39,540 bases of DNA. Source: Prevotellaceae bacterium (GTDB taxonomy: Bacteria; Bacteroidota; Bacteroidia; Bacteroidales; UBA932). The notes beneath the pieces are model-generated. The model did not search any database. It was not told where the DNA came from and worked only from the letters and a program-made list of their open reading frames with translations. The DNA is taken from NCBI GenBank assembly GCA_031287815.1, contig JAITSM010000069.1, positions 1 through 39,540 on the forward strand, in the 5' to 3' direction. The position numbers and the translations under genes were made by a program. Positions 1 to 6,358 of the stretch are shown here, in pieces; the stretch's first letter is position 1; every line of letters starts with the position of its first letter.

Positions 1-116
1 CCCTCTCTTTCGAGAACGACCAGCGCGGCAAAACCCTCTACTTCGCCCTCCGGTGGGAAAACACCCGGGGCGAAAAAGGGCCGTGGAGCACGATGAAGAG
101 CGCGATAATCCCGTAG
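1..116 (+). CDS. 3' end (partial) of a hypothetical protein, paralog of 11480..12172
   Basis: Reading from nt 3 gives ...FENDQRGKTLYFALRWENTRGEKGPWSTMKSAIIP*, with the stop at 114-116. The same C-terminal motif ends the 11480..12172 ORF (RGKTLYFSLRWENTTGEKGPWNQIQNTVIP*). Confidence 0.6.
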   Translation, partial: LSFENDQRGKTLYFALRWENTRGEKGPWSTMKSAIIP

Positions 117-173
117 ACCTCCCCCCAGCCCCCTCCGAAGGAGGGGGAGGCAGAGAGGCGAAGTAATGAAAGA

Positions 174-208
174 CGCCGGCAGATGAATAGGCTGCCGGTG
201 TTTTTTTT
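174..208 (+). terminator. Rho-independent terminator candidate
   Basis: A 9-bp stem, CGCCGGCAG (174-182) with CTGCCGGTG (192-200, one G.U), is followed by T8 (201-208). Confidence 0.6.
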
Positions 209-288
209 GAGTTAAGAACTAAGAACTAAAAGTTAAGAGTTGGCTGGCGCCAGCTAACTTTTAGTTCTTAACTTTTAGTTCTTAACTC
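209..288. repeat. 'Word' hairpin with GGCTGGCGCCAGC core (AAGAACTAA/TTAGTTCTT arms)
   Basis: The sequence gagttaagaactaagaactaaaagttaagagttggctggc|gccagctaacttttagttcttaacttttagttcttaactc is a near-perfect 80-bp palindrome. Its arms are made of repeated short words. Confidence 0.8.
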
Positions 289-290
289 AA

Positions 291-506
291 AAAAGCCCCG
301 AAGGGGCGAAATATGCATAACCGCAGGCAAGCGCAGCGCAGCCTGCGGAAGAAGCCCCCACTGCCTTTCGCGCGGCGCACTGTCCGTGCATAGCGGAAAG
401 CAGGTGCTCCGCGCGAGGGGCAGGGAGTGCATATAGCCCCCATGCTGCGTTCCACTGCGCTCCACTTGCATGGGGTTATGAAAATGTAAGCCCTCCGGGC
501 TTATTT
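291..506. repeat. Structured MITE-like repeat, copy 1 (inverted relative to 16644..16850)
   Basis: About 210 bp align to the reverse complement of 16644-16850. The ends are imperfect inverted repeats (aagccccgaaggggcgaaatatgcataacc / ggttatgaaaatgtaagccctccgggctt). The interior holds three hairpins enclosed by CATAACC...GGTTATG. Confidence 0.7.
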
Positions 507-568
507 AATGGAGAATGAAGGATACCGGCGCCAGCCAATTCTCAATTCTCCATTTTCAATTCTCCATT
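507..568. repeat. 'Word' hairpin with GGCGCCAGCC core (AATGGAGAAT/ATTCTCCATT arms)
   Basis: Sequence: aatggagaatgaagg-ataccGGCGCCAGCC-aattctcaattctccattttcaattctccatt. Confidence 0.7.
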
Positions 569-681
569 AAAAAGGAAGTTCTTATTCTAAAAATACAGGT
601 GGAAATTAGAATAAGTTGTATCTTTGTTCCGATTTCTAAACATAGCCGTTGCTTTTATGGACGGCATTCATCCTTTTGCAA

Positions 682-710
682 ATTGGTCGTTTGATTTCGG
701 GCATTGGTCG
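682..710 (+). promoter_or_regulatory. Direct repeats ATTGGTCG x2, 21 bp centre to centre; candidate LytTR response-regulator site
   Basis: ATTGGTCG occurs at 682-689 and 703-710, upstream of the liaF-like/HK/LytTR operon. LytTR regulators (AgrA-type) bind roughly 9-bp direct repeats separated by a 12-13 bp spacer. Confidence 0.3.
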
Positions 711-763
711 GGAAACATGCTATCTTTGTGGAAAAATTGTAGCCCGGAGCCGGTAAAGAATCG

Positions 764-771
764 TATATTTG
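764..771 (+). promoter_or_regulatory. Bacteroidota -7 promoter box TATATTTG
   Basis: It matches the TAnnTTTG consensus. More boxes (TATCTTTG) lie near 620 and at 721-728. Confidence 0.45.
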
Positions 772-1008
772 TGCCGTAATTTTTTAAACCATTTAAAAAT
801 GGAACCAACCAGAACACATCCAACCCGAAAAACGAGCGCCGTATTTGCGTTGTTATTCATCATGGCCGGCGTGTTGCTATTGCTGTTTTGTGCCGTAATT
901 TTTTAAATCTTTAAAAATGGAACCACTCAGAACCCATCCCTCCCGGATATCAAGCGCTGTATTGGCGCTGTTAATCATCGTCGCAGGCGTGTTGCTGTTG
1001 TTGTTTAA
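771..1008 (+). repeat. 119-bp tandem duplication (x2) of the 5' UTR plus first ~30 codons of the 917..1684 gene
   Basis: Segments 771-889 and 890-1008 both begin gtgccgtaattttttaaa..aaaaATGGAACCA. They encode MEPTRTHPTRKTSAVFALL.. and MEPLRTHPSRISSAVLALL... Confidence 0.85.
799..906 (+). CDS. 35-aa upstream ORF created by the duplication (single TM-like peptide)
   Basis: It reads MEPTRTHPTRKTSAVFALLFIMAGVLLLLFCAVIF*, and its stop falls inside copy 2 of the duplicated 5' UTR. Translation is unproven. Confidence 0.25.
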   Translation: MEPTRTHPTRKTSAVFALLFIMAGVLLLLFCAVIF

Positions 1009-1684
1009 TGCGGGGTATTTGCCGGTTGTTTACAAGCCGGTGATTTTTTCATGGCAAATGGTACTCGTCGCGATAGGCCTTGTGTCTGTTTTTTCGCGCC
1101 CCAAGCGCATTCCCGGCGTATTCCTGATATTGTTGGGATTTTTGTTGCTGTTGCCCAAGCTGAACATAGACGGCCTGACCTGCCTGAAAGGCAACGGCTG
1201 GGCGATAGGCTTAATCGTCGGCGGGCTATTGTTGCTTTTCCGGGTTTTCGGCCCGCGGCGGCGTTGTTGCCGGATGGAACGCCACCGCCGCTATTTCCAC
1301 CGGCATTTTTCCACCGGCCCTTCCTCCAAAATACCGGAAGATGGGGAGGGCTATATGGCAAATTATGTTTTCAGCGGCGGGAAAGAGAAGATAACCTCGC
1401 AAAATTTTAAGGGCGGCGATATCAATTGCGTTTTCGGCGCCGCCGAAATAGATTTCATGGACACACAACTGGCCGAAGGGGAAAGTACGCTTACCGTTAG
1501 CGCGGTGTTTGGCGGCGTTACGCTCTATATTCCCGCCCACTGGAAGGTGGAACTCCGGCAGGACGCCATTCTCGGGCGAATGGAAGACAAGCGCGCGCAC
1601 CCTACCTTTGACGTCAATGAAAACAGGACGCTGATCATTAAAGCGTCTATGGTATTTGGCGGCGGCGAAATAAAAACGCGGTAA
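917..1684 (+). CDS. LiaF-like (cell-wall-active antibiotic response domain) membrane protein
   Basis: It has an N-terminal multi-TM region and a C-terminal soluble domain (..FGGVTLYIPAHWKVEL..). It sits directly upstream of a LytS-type kinase and a LytTR regulator. Confidence 0.6.
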   Translation: MEPLRTHPSRISSAVLALLIIVAGVLLLLFNAGYLPVVYKPVIFSWQMVLVAIGLVSVFSRPKRIPGVFLILLGFLLLLPKLNIDGLTCLKGNGWAIGLIVGGLLLLFRVFGPRRRCCRMERHRRYFHRHFSTGPSSKIPEDGEGYMANYVFSGGKEKITSQNFKGGDINCVFGAAEIDFMDTQLAEGESTLTVSAVFGGVTLYIPAHWKVELRQDAILGRMEDKRAHPTFDVNENRTLIIKASMVFGGGEIKTR

Positions 1685-1711
1685 AACGTTGCCGGACGTG
1701 CTGCGCAAGTT

Positions 1712-2776
1712 ATGGAAAAGAATCCCATTTTTAAAAATTATAAAACCAAAGGGCTCTACCTGTTCATCTGGCTGTGCATAATATGCGGGCAAATCCTGAT
1801 TATTAACGCCACTTCCAGCTATTCGCTGGAATATATTATTATCGAGTCGGTCGTGTTTAATTTTCTTTATGCCTCCCTGTTGATACCGGTGTGGTACCCC
1901 GTGCGCTTCAACAGATGGGAGCATAAGACCTGGCAGTTTAATGTGGTGGTGCACCTGCTGCTGGTGTCGCTGTTCATTTCCCTTTCGGCGCCGGCGGGGT
2001 ATTTCATCATGTGGCTGCTGGAAACGGACAACAACCGTTACATGGACTACCTGCAACTTACGTACGGGTGGAAAATCGTGCAGGGATGCACGTTTTACCT
2101 TGTTATGGTGCTGGTGTATTATTTGTACATTTATGTGGAAAAGCTGCGCGAAAAGGCAGCCAATGAAATCCGCCTGAACCGGCTGATAAAAGACAACGAA
2201 CTGAACCGCCTGAAATCGCAAATCAACCCGCATTTTTTATTCAACAGTTTAAATTCCCTCAATTCCCTAATTATCCGCCACCCCGAACAGGCACAAAAAA
2301 TGCTGGTGGAGTTATCCGATTACTTGCGCTATGCGGTGCTGGCGAACAATGCAATTTATGCTTCGCTGCAACACGAAATGGAAAATATTGAACGGTATTT
2401 GGCGATTGAGCAACTGCGCTTCGGCGAAAAACTGGTTTATGAACGAACAATCGACCCGGCTTGTTTGCCGTTGAAAATCCCGGCCATGCTCTTGCAGCCG
2501 CTGTTCGAGAATGCCGTAAAACACGGCGTATACGAAAGCCTCCAAACGGTTTATATCAACATATCGGCAAAGGCGGACGGGCAGCAGCTCGCCATTGTTA
2601 TCAGCAATAACTACGACGCCGGCAACGGATCGCAGAAAAAAGGCTCCGGCACCGGGCTGAAAAATATCCGCGAACGGCTGCGGCTGTCATACGGCGCCAC
2701 CGCATCGCTGCATACAAAAATGGAAGACGGCAAGTTTATAGCCATCCTGCAAATACCGGTGGACGATAAAAAATAA
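1712..2776 (+). CDS. LytS/YehU-family sensor histidine kinase
   Basis: It has a multi-TM N-terminus, the NPHFLFNSLNSL motif (His_kinase PF06580 type) and an HATPase region (LLQPLFENAVKHG, GSGTGLKNIRERL). Confidence 0.85.
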   Translation: MEKNPIFKNYKTKGLYLFIWLCIICGQILIINATSSYSLEYIIIESVVFNFLYASLLIPVWYPVRFNRWEHKTWQFNVVVHLLLVSLFISLSAPAGYFIMWLLETDNNRYMDYLQLTYGWKIVQGCTFYLVMVLVYYLYIYVEKLREKAANEIRLNRLIKDNELNRLKSQINPHFLFNSLNSLNSLIIRHPEQAQKMLVELSDYLRYAVLANNAIYASLQHEMENIERYLAIEQLRFGEKLVYERTIDPACLPLKIPAMLLQPLFENAVKHGVYESLQTVYINISAKADGQQLAIVISNNYDAGNGSQKKGSGTGLKNIRERLRLSYGATASLHTKMEDGKFIAILQIPVDDKK

Positions 2777-2781
2777 AAATT

Positions 2782-3579
2782 ATGAAAACAGCACAGGAAC
2801 CTGCGGCACAACCAATCGCTGCGTCCCATTCCCCCCTCTCCATCCTTATTGTGGATGATGAAACGCCCGCCCGAGAACTGATACGGCATTATCTGCAAAG
2901 CTACCCCGAAATAACCATTATCGGCGAAGCGGACAACGGCTTCGACGCCATAAAATTTATTAAAGAACGCCACCCGCAGTTGGTGTTCCTCGATATTCAA
3001 ATGCCGAAACTGACCGGCTTCGAGGTCTTGGAACTTATCGACGTTACGCCGGAAATTATTTTCTCCACCGCCTTTGACCAGTATGCCCTGCGCGCCTTTG
3101 AGCTGAATGCGGTGGACTATTTGCTCAAGCCCTATTCCAAAGAACGCTTCGACCGGGCGGTGCAAAAAGCTATGGCGAAAATCCATTCGGGAAACGACAG
3201 TCGCAGCAGCTGGCAAGCCTTCCGGCAGACGCTTGCCGCAGCGCCCGGCGCACTCACCCGCGTGGCGGTAAAAGACCGCCAGCAGATACACGTTATCCCC
3301 ACCGGCGAAATTACCTGCATCGAAGCCGACGGCGACTATGTGAAACTGCACACGGCAACCGGCGCATTCCTGAAAGAAAAAACCATGAAATACTTTGAGG
3401 CGAACTTGCCGCCGCAACAGTTTATACGTATTCACCGCTCGTTTATCGTCAATGTGGACGAGGTGGCGAAAATCGAACTGTTTGAAAAGGAAACCTACCG
3501 CGTGCACCTGAAAAACGGCGCCATCCTGCGCGCCAGCAGCACGGGCTACAAACTGCTGAAAGAAACAGTAAAGTTGTAA
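2782..3579 (+). CDS. LytTR-family response regulator
   Basis: It has a receiver domain (ILIVDDE...FLDIQMP) and a C-terminal LytTR domain (..IHVIPTGEITCIEADGDYVKLHT...FIRIHRSFIVN). Confidence 0.9.
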   Translation: MKTAQEPAAQPIAASHSPLSILIVDDETPARELIRHYLQSYPEITIIGEADNGFDAIKFIKERHPQLVFLDIQMPKLTGFEVLELIDVTPEIIFSTAFDQYALRAFELNAVDYLLKPYSKERFDRAVQKAMAKIHSGNDSRSSWQAFRQTLAAAPGALTRVAVKDRQQIHVIPTGEITCIEADGDYVKLHTATGAFLKEKTMKYFEANLPPQQFIRIHRSFIVNVDEVAKIELFEKETYRVHLKNGAILRASSTGYKLLKETVKL

Positions 3580-3618
3580 TGGGGGAACGGCGGTACGTTA
3601 TTATACCAATATATATTT

Positions 3619-3930
3619 ATGAATAATTTAGGATTCCCGTTTCGTCCCTATCATCCGGGCGAACTATTAAAAGAAGAATTAGAGTGCCGCCACTTATCGC
3701 AAAAAACCGTTGCGAAGCAATTAGGATTATCTTATACGGCGTTCAACGAAATATTAAACGGCAAACGCCCTGTAACAACCGATTTTGCCTTGTTTATGGA
3801 AGCTGCTTTGGAAATACCGGCATATATGTTGGTCGGGATGCAAACGGATTATAATTTGCAAGTAGCGCAAAATGACAACAAATTAAAAAGCCGCCTTGCC
3901 AAAATACGCAAAGTAGCGGCAATGCTTTGA
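3619..3930 (+). CDS. higA: HigA-family HTH (XRE) antitoxin-like protein, solitary
   Basis: PGELLKEELECRHLSQKTVAKQLGLSYTAFNEILNGKRPVTTDFAL is typical of HigA antidote proteins. There is no higB-like ORF upstream. Confidence 0.7.
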   Translation: MNNLGFPFRPYHPGELLKEELECRHLSQKTVAKQLGLSYTAFNEILNGKRPVTTDFALFMEAALEIPAYMLVGMQTDYNLQVAQNDNKLKSRLAKIRKVAAML

Positions 3931-3944
3931 ATGTTTTATAAAAA

Positions 3945-5165
3945 TTACAGTTGGCGGAAACAGCGAACGGCAGCGTTTTGTTGTGCTGCACGGCCGTGTT
4001 TGTATATTTGATCGCATGTATATGCAAGTCCGTCTTCGCGTAAATCGATTTGTAGACCATCTTCCCTGTTTTTGTCATTAGCGTACCATCCCTCAGCACT
4101 CGTAGTTAACTGGCCATTCGATACCGATCGTTCATTTGCGAATCCATAATAATCAAGTCGTGGTGAACAACTGGACGTCTTGGATCGTAGATATTGACAG
4201 ATTGTGGCATCCGATCCCATAGTTTTGGTCATGTTATCAAAATCATCAGTAACCGGCAATAACCATCCGGGTGGGCATATACCTTGTACATTGCCGGTAG
4301 AGCTACTTGACCCGCCGGCATAAGAAGCATATACTTGCGCCCATGGATAACTTCTTCCACATTCATCTTCCGTACAACCGCTCATAGCAGAACCTATAGT
4401 AGAACCATTATAGCTTGCTAATTTTACATTCTGCGCCAGCCACCACTTGCTATCTGACATCAATACAATCCTGTAATATTTGCTATCCCGGCTATCTTTT
4501 ATATAAGCTTCCCAATTCTTCGCGCCGCTGGTGCGTTGCTGGCAAAGGTGCGTAGCATCAATATATAAATCGCTTCCCTGATAAGGGCAGAAAATGCCCG
4601 GACAGTCTGTTTTATCTCTGATAGTAGTAGGCGTAATGGTCAATGCCGAAGTGGCAAGCGTTGTCCCGGTTACTGTTTGAGAGGTTGTGCCGTTTGCTGC
4701 TGCCAGGATAAACGGCGGCGTGCCACGCAAAGTATAAGTTCCGTTGTTCGCTGTTACATTCGGCGGGTAGTCGGAAACATAGGCGCACCAATTGAATTGT
4801 GCCGGCACATTGCTCAACGTTACGGTTACCGTAGCGTTGTATGTGCCGGAACTCCCTGACGTACCTTGCAGCCAAAAGCCTTTGTCGTTTCCTGTTTCCC
4901 GCGAAGGAGTGCCGACAGTAGCTATCGGCGTTCCGGAAACAGGCGCACGCATCCAACTGCCCAACGGCACATTGTCTACTATTGCCCGGTAATCTACAAA
5001 TACCCATACCTTGGAATTGTGTGTACCGGTACGCGAGCTATTCAACCATGATACATTAAATGTAACGGTGTTGCTTTTTGCACTAACCGGCGTAACTGTA
5101 ACGCCACTTTGCGCGCTTACGGCAACGCTTAAAAGCATTGCGAAAAAAAAGAAAAGTTTTTTCAT
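3945..5165 (-). CDS. Secreted paralog A: signal peptide, conserved N-domain and C-terminal Fib_succ_major (FISH)-type domain
   Basis: The signal peptide is MKKLFFFFAMLLSVAVSAQ. It shares motifs with 17389, 25678 and 37181 (V.TFxV.W...VWVxVD; FNWCAY.SDYPPN; YTLRGTPPF). The FISH hallmarks are WWLAQN, CPPGWLLP and the VRCFRQL end. Confidence 0.8.
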   Translation of the reverse strand: MKKLFFFFAMLLSVAVSAQSGVTVTPVSAKSNTVTFNVSWLNSSRTGTHNSKVWVFVDYRAIVDNVPLGSWMRAPVSGTPIATVGTPSRETGNDKGFWLQGTSGSSGTYNATVTVTLSNVPAQFNWCAYVSDYPPNVTANNGTYTLRGTPPFILAAANGTTSQTVTGTTLATSALTITPTTIRDKTDCPGIFCPYQGSDLYIDATHLCQQRTSGAKNWEAYIKDSRDSKYYRIVLMSDSKWWLAQNVKLASYNGSTIGSAMSGCTEDECGRSYPWAQVYASYAGGSSSSTGNVQGICPPGWLLPVTDDFDNMTKTMGSDATICQYLRSKTSSCSPRLDYYGFANERSVSNGQLTTSAEGWYANDKNREDGLQIDLREDGLAYTCDQIYKHGRAAQQNAAVRCFRQL

Positions 5166-5573
5166 AATATTTTTTATTAAAAGGTTTAATATTTTTCTCT
5201 ATGTTCTATTGTCTACAAGTCTATGTTCTGTTTTCGCAGCTTCAGGGTTGTTTTCAAACACAAACCTTTTTCATAAAACAACCCCTTACTGCGATTTTTT
5301 ATTCGCTGACAATTTGTATAACTTTTGTCTGTCTATATGGATTCTATCGAACAAAAATGAAACGTGAACTGATATTAACTCTCTTAAAGGTGTAGACAAC
5401 CTGGTGTAAAAGCCGACATCAACTCACGTTGAAAGATACGGCATTTATTCAGTTACACCTAAATTTGTCTACTCTTTAAGACTTGAACAAAAGCCATTGA
5501 AATGTTATTCAATCCCGATAAATAAAGAACATCATTACCGCTGCAAATATAAAACAATATTTTTAAATTCCAA
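5166..5573 (-). promoter_or_regulatory. Promoter plus ~370-nt structured leader (type II) of paralog A
   Basis: The -33 TTG (5571-5573) and -7 TATATTTG (5544-5551) are on the minus strand with a 19-nt gap. Stacked helices pair 5474-5480/5383-5389, 5465-5472/5392-5399 and 5453-5458/5404-5409. The conserved proximal hairpin is at 5236-5292. Confidence 0.6.
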
Positions 5574-5904
5574 ATATGTTTAAAAATTTTTTTTTAATTA
5601 TATGCTATTTGGAATATTTATGACTAAAAAATCTTGACGGTGTATCGCGAGCGGCCCGCCGTATGCCGTATACCGCAACCGGCTCCCCGCCCCCGCCTTT
5701 AGAAAAACCGCCTTGCCAAGCTTTAATTTTCTCACCCAATTTATTGCAACAACAAAAAACATTTTTGTTTCCGGGATGGGCTGCCTGTTGCCAAAATAAA
5801 ACAAGTTTGTTATCGTTTGTTTTTGTAAATTGAGCGCCTGTCTGTTCATAAAAAGGAGGCATGTTTTTTTGGCCTCTCCGGAAAAAATGCCTATCTTTGC
5901 CATG

Positions 5905-6012
5905 CATAAAAAGAACTATTGATAATTTTTGTCGCTGTCAAGAGGAGAGATTCGCTACATAAATTAAAAATAGTTACCAGCCGCTGAACCTAAAATCAGC
6001 GGCTATTTTTTT
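5905..6012 (+). ncRNA. Candidate ~105-nt small RNA (promoter to terminator unit, no ORF)
   Basis: TTG (5869-5871) and TATCTTTG (5892-5899) are 20 nt apart, with a terminator at 5979-6012. The only ORF is MHKKNY*. Confidence 0.25.
5979..6012 (+). terminator. Rho-independent terminator
   Basis: The AGCCGCTGA/TCAGCGGCT stem is followed by ATTTTTTT. Confidence 0.6.
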
Positions 6013-6014
6013 CC

Positions 6015-6096
6015 GGTGCGTGACATGTGCTTGTCACGGTGCGTGACATGTGCTTGTCACGATGTGTGACATGTGCTTGTCACGATGCGTGACATG
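6015..6096. repeat. 23-bp tandem repeat x3.6, each unit with an internal palindrome
   Basis: GGTGCGTGACATGTGCTTGTCAC occupies 6015-6037 and 6038-6060, with a variant at 6061-6083 and a partial unit at 6084-6096. Each unit contains GTGACA..TGTCAC. Confidence 0.85.
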
Positions 6097-6358
6097 TTTT
6101 TACCTGCCTTATGCCCTATGCGATGTGCGAGTCGCAAATCGCAAATCCTGTGCTTGGCTGTCTTCTCACCGCACGTTGGAGAGATAGTGTTTTGGCTTTT
6201 ATTATCCTGCGCCCGGAAAGTCCAAACAAATGATGAGTAAACGAGTGTAAAATACCTATTATATGGTATTGCGGGGTCTTCCGCTTGTAAGTACTTTTGC
6301 ACTGTTTTTTTTTAGTTCGTTTGAATACGGCATTTACCTTTAAAAATACAAAATATTC

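Noticed and set aside
268-471. ORFs inside the MITE-like repeats (268-471-, 16600-16809-, 16705-16896+)
   Set aside because: They lie within palindromic structured repeats, occur on different strands in the two copies, and have Arg/Ala/Cys-rich translations typical of GC-rich hairpins.
3619-3930. A complete HigB/HigA toxin-antitoxin pair
   Set aside because: Only the HigA-like HTH gene is present. The 39 nt upstream cannot encode a HigB, and the downstream gene is convergent.
3945-5165. Diversity-generating retroelement as the source of C-terminal variability in the paralogs
   Set aside because: There is no reverse transcriptase and no template repeat in the window. The divergence between paralog C-termini is wholesale, not adenine-specific within an otherwise identical repeat.
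5598-5907. Two overlapping ~100-aa minus-strand ORFs in the gene-free gap
   Set aside because: Neither has recognisable motifs or a convincing TAnnTTTG promoter, and they overlap each other in different frames. One could still be a real small protein, so I left it unannotated.
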